Below, piece by piece: positions 18,303-27,193 of a DNA stretch of 64,000 bases (positions are counted from its first letter, which is position 1; each line of letters opens with the position of its first letter). Source of the stretch: Myxococcales bacterium (GTDB lineage: Bacteria > Myxococcota_A > UBA9042); the NCBI GenBank assembly GCA_023954815.1, contig JAGSHB010000007.1, forward strand, positions 3,626 to 67,625, given 5' to 3'. The notes beneath the pieces are model-generated. The model searched no databases, was not told where the DNA came from, and worked only from the letters and a program-made list of their open reading frames with translations. A program made the translations under genes and the position numbers.

Positions 18303-19282
18303 TCGTCCCACAAGCGGGTGGAGAAGTAGCGCTCACCGGTGTCGGGCAGCAGGGTCACGACGACGCCGGACTCACCGCGAGCGGCAATCTCCCGGGCCAC
18401 GCGGATGGCAGTCCACACGTTCGCGCCGGAGCTCTGTCCGCCGAAGAGGCCGGCTTTGGCGAGGGTCTGGCTGACTTCCCAGGCTTCGTCTACGTCCAGG
18501 TCCCAATCGCGATCGGCGAGCTCTTGATCCAAGATCTCGGGCACGTGGTCATCTGGATCACGCAGCGGCTTGAGGCCCTCAACACCGGGGAAGGCGTCCG
18601 GGATCAGCAGCTCGATCTGCACATTCGGGTTCTCTTGTTTGAGCCGACGCCCAACCCCAGTCAGCACGCCGCCAGTACCGACGCCGTAGACAAAGTGCGT
18701 GATCTTGCCGCCGGTCTGCTCCCAGATCTCAGCGCCAGTCGTGTCGAAGTGGGCCTGCCAGTTGCCGTCGTTGCTGTACTGATCGCAGTAGAAGTACTTG
18801 TCGGGATCGGCCGCGACCAAGCGCCGCACGTGCCTGATCGCCTCGTCATAGCCGTCGTGGGCTGAGGTGTGCGTCACCTTCGCGCCGTGGGCCCGGAGGC
18901 GCTTGAGACGCTCCGTAGAAGCGTTGTCGGGGATCACGATCTCCACGTCGTACCCCAGCGCCCCGCCGATGACCGCGTAGGCGATGCCAGCGTTGCCCGA
19001 GGACGAATCGATGATGGTCTTGCCCTTGGTGAGCCGACCGTCAGCGATGCCCTGCGCCAACATCCGCAGCACGGGCCGATCCTTGACCGAACCGCCGGGA
19101 TTGAAGCTCTCCATCTTGGCCCAGATCTCGACGCCCGGATGGCTGTCCTGCCAAGAATTGATCCGCACCAGCGGCGTATTGCCCACCAAACCCAGCGCGG
19201 GCACCTCAGAGATAAGGGGTAGCACTGCAGGGACGGGCGGGACGTGCGTGAACACCGTTGCGTTGGACAGGGCGTCGGTCAT
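18299..19282 (-). CDS. Cysteine synthase family PLP enzyme (CysM/CysK-like)
   Basis: VGNTPLV, FNPGGSVKDR (PLP Lys), SSSGNAGIA, GVGTGG, GQSSGAN, PDTGERYFS. Confidence 0.93.
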   Translation of the reverse strand: MTDALSNATVFTHVPPVPAVLPLISEVPALGLVGNTPLVRINSWQDSHPGVEIWAKMESFNPGGSVKDRPVLRMLAQGIADGRLTKGKTIIDSSSGNAGIAYAVIGGALGYDVEIVIPDNASTERLKRLRAHGAKVTHTSAHDGYDEAIRHVRRLVAADPDKYFYCDQYSNDGNWQAHFDTTGAEIWEQTGGKITHFVYGVGTGGVLTGVGRRLKQENPNVQIELLIPDAFPGVEGLKPLRDPDDHVPEILDQELADRDWDLDVDEAWEVSQTLAKAGLFGGQSSGANVWTAIRVAREIAARGESGVVVTLLPDTGERYFSTRLWDE

Positions 19283-19475
19283 GGCAACCTCATGGCTCGG
19301 TACGCTGCCGCAATGGTCAGCGTGGGGCGGGTACAGTTCAAGCTGCGACGCGGCGTGTCAACCGAGCGGAGTCTGTGCATTTCGGGGTGAACGCGCCCCG
19401 GTGATTGCGGAGAGACAACAGGCAAAGCTCGCGCTTGATGTGGATCGGGTGGTACGCTCAGCCCTGGAGGTACGC

Positions 19476-20213
19476 ATGGCCCATGATGACGAGCTGCTAC
19501 AGATTGAAGCTGAATCAGCGTTCATCGCCGAGCAGCAGCTTGGTGTAGACCCCGGTCAGCTCGCGCAACGTCTCGCCGGCGCTCGCGCGGCCGCCATGGG
19601 TGATCGCATGGCTGATCGCTACGCCTCGGCTGGTACGCGCATGCTCGCAGATGCCGCGCCGACCCGCCTCGATACGGACCTCATCGACCGCCTCGCCGCC
19701 GTCGGCTTTCAACGGGACCAGCTGCGTAAAGTGCGTGTTCACCGTGGCCTCAAAGCCCACGCAGCCGCCGACGCGCTCGGTGCCCGCGCCTTCGCTATGG
19801 GCGACGCCGACATCTTCTTCGGCCAAGGCGAGTTCAACCCTGCCACCCGCGAGGGTCGCGCCGTCATCGCCCACGAAATCGCCCACATCGCCCCGCCAAC
19901 GACCCAAGGCGGCATGCCCGCCAGCTACTCGGCAGCGTCCAGCACCCCCGTGCTCAACGAGCGCAAACGCGGTGACGAAGATGCGGCCGGCGAAGAAGCC
20001 CACGAGGAACGTGCGCGCGAAGCCGAGGCCATGGTCTACGCTCAAGAGGACGAAGGCGGCGCAAGCCCGACCCTCGCTGGCGGCAACATGCCCAACATGG
20101 AGCCGCGCGAAAGTCCGGCACCGAGCTTCACCGCGCATCACCTGGAAGCGAAAGTGATGGAGATCATCACCAAGCTCGAGCGCAGTCAGATCGAGCGCCG
20201 CGGCCTGTTCTAG
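19476..20213 (+). CDS. DUF4157 (eCIS core-like) domain protein
   Basis: VRVH...AADALGARAFAMGDADIFFGQGEFNP.T.EG..VIAHEIAH. GGAGG RBS before ATG 19476. Confidence 0.85.
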   Translation: MAHDDELLQIEAESAFIAEQQLGVDPGQLAQRLAGARAAAMGDRMADRYASAGTRMLADAAPTRLDTDLIDRLAAVGFQRDQLRKVRVHRGLKAHAAADALGARAFAMGDADIFFGQGEFNPATREGRAVIAHEIAHIAPPTTQGGMPASYSAASSTPVLNERKRGDEDAAGEEAHEERAREAEAMVYAQEDEGGASPTLAGGNMPNMEPRESPAPSFTAHHLEAKVMEIITKLERSQIERRGLF

Positions 20214-20263
20214 GTCTCTCTCTTAGACCCAACGCAAACACGCAGACACAGGCCAAGCGGCCG

Positions 20264-21562
20264 CTACGGATTCGTGGCGCTGCTCGTGTGCTCGGCGAAG
20301 TGGCTATCCCACAGCTGCATCTCAGCGAAAAACAGGCGCCCCGCATCCGTCGGCTCGGCGTGGGTCAACACCGTCTCGGCGCCGTCGCGAATCTTCCCCA
20401 CAATGACATCGAACCGGCGCGTCCATGAGGGCTGGGTTGACCAGGCGTGGGCGTCGTCGCGCATCCGCTCGTACAACAGCGCCACCGGTTGAAAGGCGTG
20501 TACCGCCAAGATCACCCCGTGCAGCGGCCTGGGATCGGGGCGCACCGGCGAGGAAAACAGCGGCGCGAACGCGTTATGCAACAAGGGATCGAGGTTGAAC
20601 GCGGCGTTGATCTTGTTGTGCTGAAACTCGTGGATCACCGCTTCGACCATGGTCATGTCGTTGGGATGCAGGGTCATGTAGATGGCGCCAATGTACTCCT
20701 GATAGCTCGCCGATAGGTGACGCTCGGGCTCGAAGCCGACGGGCACGATCAGCGTCGCGACGAGCCGCAGCTCCTCGGCAAAGTGCGGCAGGTAGCGCGC
20801 CATCATCGCCCAACAACGCTGCAGGCTCTTGGTCCACTCCGCGGCGGTCTTATCCCCCAAAGACAGGGTGTTGCCCTGCTTGTCTGGATGGGCCTCAAAA
20901 TCACTGAGGGGGTTATTGTCACTGCAGGCGAGGTACACGCCCGGCACGATCTCGTGGTACGGCCGACTCGCCCCGGCTGGCAGGTCCGCGTCCGGCAAGA
21001 GCGCCACTCGCTCCTGAGAATCGGCTGTTTCGATCTGCACGGCGCCCGGCTCAAAGTGCAGGGCCGTGACGCCAGCGCCCAATGGCAGCAGCAGGTTGAG
21101 TCGAATGGAGCGCAGGTCCCGCAGCGCTGCGGGATACGGCGCAATCCAGTGAATCCCACCGGCCGGCAGCGCGCCTTGGGCAGCGAGTTCCAACAGCACC
21201 AACGCACTGAGCTCCCGCACCCACGCCGATAGCGCTGCGTGATCGCCATTCGGCCCTTGATGACGAAGCGCACACTCGATCAACACCGAGTGGGTCGGCA
21301 GACGCAGAATTTGCGCTGCACGGCCGCGATCACGGGCAGAAAGTTGCCGCCACGCTGTCACCGCATCGACGTAGAGCTGCCGATCGTGCTCGGCCAACAG
21401 CCGCACCGGCACCGACTGAAAGGCGCGCTCTAGCCGCCGCACCCAACGAGACAGAACATGTCGCACGGTGTGGGTATCTCTGCGGGCGATGGTCAGCTCG
21501 TCGAGGGTGAGCGCCTTCTTCTGCAAGGCGGTGCGACGGCGGGTGTGGGAGCGAGTCGACAT
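20264..21562 (-). CDS. HEXXH-motif domain protein (aKG-HExxH family)
   Basis: SAS..EYIGAIY, EAVIHEFQH.K, SPVRPDPRPLHGVILAVHAF. Confidence 0.85.
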   Translation of the reverse strand: MSTRSHTRRRTALQKKALTLDELTIARRDTHTVRHVLSRWVRRLERAFQSVPVRLLAEHDRQLYVDAVTAWRQLSARDRGRAAQILRLPTHSVLIECALRHQGPNGDHAALSAWVRELSALVLLELAAQGALPAGGIHWIAPYPAALRDLRSIRLNLLLPLGAGVTALHFEPGAVQIETADSQERVALLPDADLPAGASRPYHEIVPGVYLACSDNNPLSDFEAHPDKQGNTLSLGDKTAAEWTKSLQRCWAMMARYLPHFAEELRLVATLIVPVGFEPERHLSASYQEYIGAIYMTLHPNDMTMVEAVIHEFQHNKINAAFNLDPLLHNAFAPLFSSPVRPDPRPLHGVILAVHAFQPVALLYERMRDDAHAWSTQPSWTRRFDVIVGKIRDGAETVLTHAEPTDAGRLFFAEMQLWDSHFAEHTSSATNP

Positions 21563-21693
21563 GGATCCTCAAGGCGGGCTAAACGAGCAATGAAACGGCG
21601 CACCCACACGGTTTTGGACCCGGTGGCCAACACTTCGTATCATCCCCCGACAACGAACGCCTACCCTCTCCCGCCACGACGAGGTCGACCCTG

Positions 21694-22911
21694 ATGAATG
21701 CTCTCTCCCGGCTCCCACGCTTTCTCCTCATTTTGTCCTGCATCGCCGCCTTTGCCTGCGGGAGCGACGAGACGGGCGAGACCACACCCACCGGCGCCAA
21801 ACTGAGCGGCTCGTTTTCGGCATCCGTCGATGGCTCAGACGTGACCGTGGACTACGCTGGCGGCAAGTTGGTCGCGGAGCTGGTGCACAAGATCAACACC
21901 AGCGAAAAGGGCTACGGGTGCATCACCTCGGTGTTCCTCTCGGTCGCCAAGGCCGACGGCAGCTGCGCGTTGGAGCTGACGTACCAACCCGGCGCGGGAG
22001 ATGGGCTGGCGCTGTCCAAAGCCAGCTTCTTTGCCGTGGGGGGCGACAAGCAGGGCGGCATCCTGATCAACCCGATCAAGTGCGCGGGATTCCCAGGTGC
22101 AGAGGGGAACTCAGAGGTCGAGTGGACCCTCGCCGGCGGCGACAGCAACCTGTCGGTCAAGCCTGTGAAACCGGGTGAGGCGAACAAAAAGTCGGCCTCG
22201 TTGGCGGACCAAGATCTGAAGCTCAGCGGCAAAATCAAACTGAAGAAGGGCGGCAAGCTCTTCGAGCTCGATCTCAGCAGCATTCGCATCCAAGGCACGC
22301 TGACTAGCGTCGGCAGCACGCAAGTCTCCTGCGGCACGGCGAAAGGCGTCGAGGTCTGCCCCAAGGGCGTCACCTACGGCAACAAGGTGGGCACCTATGT
22401 GCGTCGGCCACTGGGTGCCTACCACTGCACAGACGACAGCATCTACGATCCGGGCGAGCTCTGTGGCAGCCCCGCGCAGGTCCTCGTGGCGTACCAGCAC
22501 TGGGTCACGGAAAAGGACAACTACGGCGGTAAGGACGTGCTCGGCGGCCTGGGCAAGACCGTCACCAACACCAAAGATCTAGGGGTGATCTTCGTGGTCC
22601 TGACCGGCAAGCAAAAAGTCGTGGTGAAGAACGCGGAAGGCAAGTTCGAGGCGAGCGGCCCAGCGCCGACCCAGGCGGACTGCGCTGAGATCAAGAAGCT
22701 GTACAACCTGCCCGATAGCGTGGTCATGCTCTACGACAAGGACAAAGCGTTGACGAGCACGGAAAAAATGCCGGTGGGCGCGGGCTTCACCCCTGGTATC
22801 GCGGTGGCGTCGTCAACGGGTAAAATCGTGCAGTTGCTGCCGGACAGCGCGGGCAAGATGGACCAAGGGATGCTCGACGCGGCGATTCAAGCGGCCGTAG
22901 ACGCAGAGTAG
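21694..22911 (+). CDS. Lipoprotein paralogue of 4404-5579 with a degenerate redoxin domain
   Basis: Lipobox AFAC. Near-colinear N-domain (TVDYAGG.L.AEL.HK). HWVTE is found where WCxxC is expected. Confidence 0.8.
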   Translation: MNALSRLPRFLLILSCIAAFACGSDETGETTPTGAKLSGSFSASVDGSDVTVDYAGGKLVAELVHKINTSEKGYGCITSVFLSVAKADGSCALELTYQPGAGDGLALSKASFFAVGGDKQGGILINPIKCAGFPGAEGNSEVEWTLAGGDSNLSVKPVKPGEANKKSASLADQDLKLSGKIKLKKGGKLFELDLSSIRIQGTLTSVGSTQVSCGTAKGVEVCPKGVTYGNKVGTYVRRPLGAYHCTDDSIYDPGELCGSPAQVLVAYQHWVTEKDNYGGKDVLGGLGKTVTNTKDLGVIFVVLTGKQKVVVKNAEGKFEASGPAPTQADCAEIKKLYNLPDSVVMLYDKDKALTSTEKMPVGAGFTPGIAVASSTGKIVQLLPDSAGKMDQGMLDAAIQAAVDAE

Positions 22912-23070
22912 CGGTCGATTGATGCGTCGCCTTTGCAGCCAGGTCTGCGCGAAAACCGGATAAATCAGGGATTCTTGCGTCGATTGCGAATGCCGGCCGG
23001 TGCCCAGGCGTTGCACCCAGGCGCGGTGGGTCGCATGCTGCCGACCCGAAATCGCACCCTCGGAGCGTTC

Positions 23071-24165
23071 ATGTCGCCTACTCGTTTGCTGATGTCCTGT
23101 ACTGCGCTGCTGCTCGCTGCGGCGCCGGTCTCCTCTGCCCTCGCTCGCTGCTCGGTGACGCTGCGTGCCGACGGCAACACGGCGGCGATTCAGCGGGCGA
23201 TGGACAAGCCAGGGCGCCGGGTTCCCGTGGTGTGCCTAAAACCGGGTATCTACAAAGGAGCCCGCCTCATCGCGACGCGGTCGGTCATCGTCAAACGGGT
23301 CGGCAAAGGGCGCGCAGTCTTCGATGCAGGCGGTCGCGGCCGCGTGCTGACGGTCATGGGAGACAAGGTCAAAGTGACGCTCGACGGGATGACCCTGACC
23401 AATGGGTCGAGCAAAGAAGGCGGCGCGGCGGCGGTGCTCGGCAACAGCACGCTCCGCATGGTCCGCAGCTGGGTGACGGCCAACCAAGCCATCCGCAAAG
23501 GCGGCGGCATCTGGGTCAAGCAGGGGCGACTGGAGTTGGTCGAGACCCGGGTCAGCGGCAATCGCTCTGGCGCCGGCGGAGCGGTGTTCATCAGCCCTGG
23601 AGCCACCGCCAAGATCGCCTCTACCCTGATCAGCGACAACAAGAACGCATCCGGCAATGACGGCCCGCTGCACGTGCGCCCCGGCGGCCGTTTGGAGCTG
23701 CTGTCGAGCACATTGGCCTACAACTCTGGCCAAGGGGTCTACGTCGTTCCAGCCGCCAAGGGCGCCAAACCGGCGACGGTGGTCATCGAATCCAGCATTC
23801 TGATGGGTACGCCCGATGCAGTCCGAGTCAGTCGCAAGGAGGCCGGGGCGCTGAGCGTTTACCGTTCGGTCTTGTACGGCGGCATCGGCTTCATCCCGCT
23901 CGACATGGACAGCAGCCGCGACCTGCCTGGCTTCAACCTGACGGACTCCGAACGCTACCGACCAACTTTCGGCTCACCGGCCATCGGCATGGGCAAGTGC
24001 AGTGACCGGGACACCAAAATCGACGTCGCTGGCAAGCGGCGCGGGCGCAACTGCACAGCAGGCGCGCTGGAGAGCACCCGGGCCGAGATTCGGAAGACGC
24101 TGAAAGACCGGAAACTCACCAAAAAAGCGAAAAAGAAGCAGGCCTGGGAGTACCCGACCGAGTAG
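23071..24165 (+). CDS. Secreted beta-helix protein (polymorphic outer-membrane repeat-like)
   Basis: Signal peptide; GGAA/GGGI/GGAV and FxxN-like repeats; basic tail. Confidence 0.7.
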   Translation: MSPTRLLMSCTALLLAAAPVSSALARCSVTLRADGNTAAIQRAMDKPGRRVPVVCLKPGIYKGARLIATRSVIVKRVGKGRAVFDAGGRGRVLTVMGDKVKVTLDGMTLTNGSSKEGGAAAVLGNSTLRMVRSWVTANQAIRKGGGIWVKQGRLELVETRVSGNRSGAGGAVFISPGATAKIASTLISDNKNASGNDGPLHVRPGGRLELLSSTLAYNSGQGVYVVPAAKGAKPATVVIESSILMGTPDAVRVSRKEAGALSVYRSVLYGGIGFIPLDMDSSRDLPGFNLTDSERYRPTFGSPAIGMGKCSDRDTKIDVAGKRRGRNCTAGALESTRAEIRKTLKDRKLTKKAKKKQAWEYPTE

Positions 24166-24177
24166 TCGGGCAGTGGC

Positions 24178-24639
24178 TTACGCCAAGCCTTCCAGCATCA
24201 GCTTCTTGACTAGATTGGCGTCGACCTTGCCCTTGTGGCTCTTCATCACGAGCCCCATGCCGCGCCCCATCATCTTGGCACCCGCCAGGCCGTTATCAGC
24301 GATAACGCCAGCGACAATCGCGCGCGTCTCGTCCTCGCTGAGCAGCTGTGGCATCCAGCGCTGCAGCACGGCGATCTCCGCGGTCAGCGTCACGATGTTG
24401 TCGTCATCTTCCGGCGTACCGTTTGCGCGAAACTCATCCAGCGCTGAGCCCAGACTCTTGACGTAGCTGGCGATCACGCCGCGAATGGCCGTGTCGTCGA
24501 GTTCGCCCGCGCCCTTGGCGGTACGCGCTTCCGTCACCTTGCTGCGGGCCATGCGAATCGCGGCCAACGCCACCTTGTCGCGCGCTTTCATCGCGGCTTT
24601 CATGTGGGCTAGCAGCTCTTTTTCGATCTCGGTGCTCAT
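24178..24639 (-). CDS. GatB/YqeY domain protein
   Basis: MKAAMKARDK..LAAIR, WMPQLLSEDE, MMGRGMG, GKVDA. Confidence 0.92.
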   Translation of the reverse strand: MSTEIEKELLAHMKAAMKARDKVALAAIRMARSKVTEARTAKGAGELDDTAIRGVIASYVKSLGSALDEFRANGTPEDDDNIVTLTAEIAVLQRWMPQLLSEDETRAIVAGVIADNGLAGAKMMGRGMGLVMKSHKGKVDANLVKKLMLEGLA

Positions 24640-24725
24640 GAGGGTCTCCGATACGGCAACGACCGAACCCTTGGGCCGGCGTGCACGGTCGAGGTTTGCG
24701 TGGATTTTCTGTGGCGGATCGCGGG

Positions 24726-25307
24726 CTATTTTCCCGCTTTCTTCGCGGCCTTTTTCGCCTTGCGGGCCTTCGCGCGTACCTTCGCAGCTTTGCGTTTCAG
24801 TGCCTTGAGCGGGGCGAACGCCTTGGTCATCCGCGTCTCCGCAGACTTGAGGCGACCGATGGCCTCACCCGCATTTGCAGGCGTCTTGGTCTTGAGCATG
24901 TGCAAAGTACGGCGCACGGCCCCTTCCGCGCTCTCCATCGGCCCGCGAACGACGCCCATGGGGATGCGGCGCAAGTCGCTGTCCCGCTTGAGCGAGTCCC
25001 ATTCGCGCATCTTTCTCTCGACGGCGCGAAAACGAAACAGGATGGTGTTCAGCTTAGCGTTGGCGACGCTCATCGCCTTGATCTTCGCCTCACCACTCAG
25101 CGCTTCGGCGGCCTTCATGTCTTTCGTGGCTTCTGCGACACGACTCTCAATCGCCGGCTTGAAACCGCTGTATTTCGCGCTGAATTCCTGAGCGCTCAGC
25201 TTGTTGGCATCCCAGCTCTTCAGCTCTCCTTCAACGGACTTGCTGCATCCAGACAGGCCGGATAGCGCGAGAGAGCAGACGAGCAACAGGGCGAAACGGC
25301 GAGTCAT
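24726..25307 (-). CDS. Helical lipoprotein with Lys/Ala-rich C-terminal tail
   Basis: Lipobox LSGC; tail KRKAAKVRAKARKAKKAAKKAGK. Confidence 0.8.
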   Translation of the reverse strand: MTRRFALLLVCSLALSGLSGCSKSVEGELKSWDANKLSAQEFSAKYSGFKPAIESRVAEATKDMKAAEALSGEAKIKAMSVANAKLNTILFRFRAVERKMREWDSLKRDSDLRRIPMGVVRGPMESAEGAVRRTLHMLKTKTPANAGEAIGRLKSAETRMTKAFAPLKALKRKAAKVRAKARKAKKAAKKAGK

Positions 25308-25400
25308 GACGGGCTCCTATGGAACGGTTCGATGGCCTACGGGAGCACACCGGGCTGTGCCGGGTCAAGCGATGAGCGCAAGCAGCGCAACACAGAGCGA

Positions 25401-26342
25401 CTATTGCGCGTCTTGCTCAGCCCACTGACCCAAGGTCTGCACTTCGTGGGTCCGTGCCAGGGACTCGACGGCCCGCACAAAGAGCGGCCATTTCTGACTC
25501 AGCGGGACGCGCTGATCGGGCTGCGTGCGCAGACGCGTCGGGATCTGGTCAGCCTCGTGGTCGGTCAAATCGATGGCGTGGCACTCAAAGTTGACCCAGC
25601 GGCTGCGGGCTAGCAGCGGACGCGACAGCTGCCAGCCGATCTCGCCCAGGGCGATGAGCGAGGTGCCGATAAAGGGCATGCGCACGCCGGGCAGGACACC
25701 GATGGGCAGCTCCAGCAACGCGCGGCCGGATGGCGTCCGCTCGACGTACGGTCTGCGTTCACCCAACCACACCGCTGGCGACTCTGGGATGGAGCCACTC
25801 GGCCGGCCCAAAGCGCGATAGAGCCCGATAACTGCCGCCTTTGCGCCCTGATACGGTGGGCAGGGAAAGCGTGAGCTGTCGTAGACGTGCCCGGCTTCAG
25901 CGACCCCTTCTAGGAGCGCAGGCGACAGCACATAACCGGGCGCGCGGAAGCCAACGACAGCTTGCCCCGTCGCGTCCTGCAACGCCTTACGTGCATCACC
26001 CACTTCGCTAGCGATCTCCACCGCGCTGAGCCGGCTGAGGTCGTAGGGGTGGGTCATGGAGTGGTTGCCGATCTCGTGGCCCGCGCGCACGCACTCATTG
26101 AGTACCGCCACCACATCGGGGTTGGCGAGGTCTTGGGCGACCACGAAAAATGTGCCTTTGACACCACAGCGCTCGAACAGATCGAGAAAGCGCACGACGC
26201 CGCGGGTCCACGCGGTGGCGACGGCGGTGGCTGGATCAAATCCTGTGCTGTTGCCGCTACCGCCGGCGTGACCATGAATGCGGTCGTAGAGGTACAGGCC
26301 GTCGACATCGACGTTGACCGCCGCTCGCAAGCGCTCACTCAT
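25401..26342 (-). CDS. Polysaccharide deacetylase family protein
   Basis: VNVDVD, TFFVV, HEIGNHSMTH, GFRAPGY, YDSS. Confidence 0.88.
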   Translation of the reverse strand: MSERLRAAVNVDVDGLYLYDRIHGHAGGSGNSTGFDPATAVATAWTRGVVRFLDLFERCGVKGTFFVVAQDLANPDVVAVLNECVRAGHEIGNHSMTHPYDLSRLSAVEIASEVGDARKALQDATGQAVVGFRAPGYVLSPALLEGVAEAGHVYDSSRFPCPPYQGAKAAVIGLYRALGRPSGSIPESPAVWLGERRPYVERTPSGRALLELPIGVLPGVRMPFIGTSLIALGEIGWQLSRPLLARSRWVNFECHAIDLTDHEADQIPTRLRTQPDQRVPLSQKWPLFVRAVESLARTHEVQTLGQWAEQDAQ

Positions 26343-27070
26343 CTGTTGCGGATACGCACAACCCACACGAGGCGCGCCATGTTCTTGAGCACATTGGGCA
26401 CGCGACGAAACAGGTGGATGCTCGGCGGGCGCTTTTCGTGAATGACGATCGGAATCTCGACGACGCGCAAGTGGTAGCGCTCTGCCCGAATCACCAGCTC
26501 ACTAGCGAACAGGTCTTTGTCGACCACACAGCGGTTGACCGTCTCGAGCACACGCTCCCGGTTGAACGCCTTGAGGCCGTGGGTATCAGTGCCCTTGAAG
26601 CCCAGCAGCACGCGCAGCATGCCGTTGATCACCTGCGTCGCCGTCCGCCGGAGCATTGGCCGCTGGTCGTTGGCGTCTGGGTGGGCCTTGGAACCGATCA
26701 CAAAGTCGGCCTCGTCGGCGTCGAGCACCGCCAGCGCGCGCTTGTGAAAGTCGAGGTCGCAGAGATCGATCTCTTCGCAGAGGATGATCTTGCCGCGCGC
26801 CGCTTTGATGCCGCGACGAAGTGCTTTGCCGTAGTTCGGCTCTTCACTTTGCAGGGCGCGCACTTCTGGGTAGGCGCGACTGAGCTTCTCGGCGATCGCA
26901 CGGGTGTCGTCTTTACTGCCGTTTTCGCTGATGAGGATCTCGAACGAGCGCCCCAACTCCAGCATCCCGGCGTGCAGTTCTTCAACCGCGCCCCAGAGGA
27001 TCGCCTCTTCGTTGTAACAAGGGATAACGACGCTCAGCTCGGGGCTTTCGTCCGCTTTGGATGTCACCAC
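26339..27070 (-). CDS. Glycosyltransferase family 2 (polyprenyl-phosphate sugar transferase-like)
   Basis: VVIPCYNEE, ENGSKDDT, NYGKALRRG, DTHGLKAF. Confidence 0.9.
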   Translation of the reverse strand: MVTSKADESPELSVVIPCYNEEAILWGAVEELHAGMLELGRSFEILISENGSKDDTRAIAEKLSRAYPEVRALQSEEPNYGKALRRGIKAARGKIILCEEIDLCDLDFHKRALAVLDADEADFVIGSKAHPDANDQRPMLRRTATQVINGMLRVLLGFKGTDTHGLKAFNRERVLETVNRCVVDKDLFASELVIRAERYHLRVVEIPIVIHEKRPPSIHLFRRVPNVLKNMARLVWVVRIRNR

Positions 27071-27193
27071 AGAGGCCTCCTTTGCCGCACCCCTCAGTGT
27101 ACGGGCGCGCCACCTTTGCGAATTGTGTCGGCTGCGTCAAACAATGGCGTGTTCTACGGCGAATTGCTGTGCAGCCTGACAATCGGTCGGCCG

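Noticed and set aside
18984-19475. N-terminal extension of the DUF4157 ORF to 409 aa
   Set aside because: It overlaps the cysteine synthase on the opposite strand, and a strong GGAGG RBS precedes ATG 19476.
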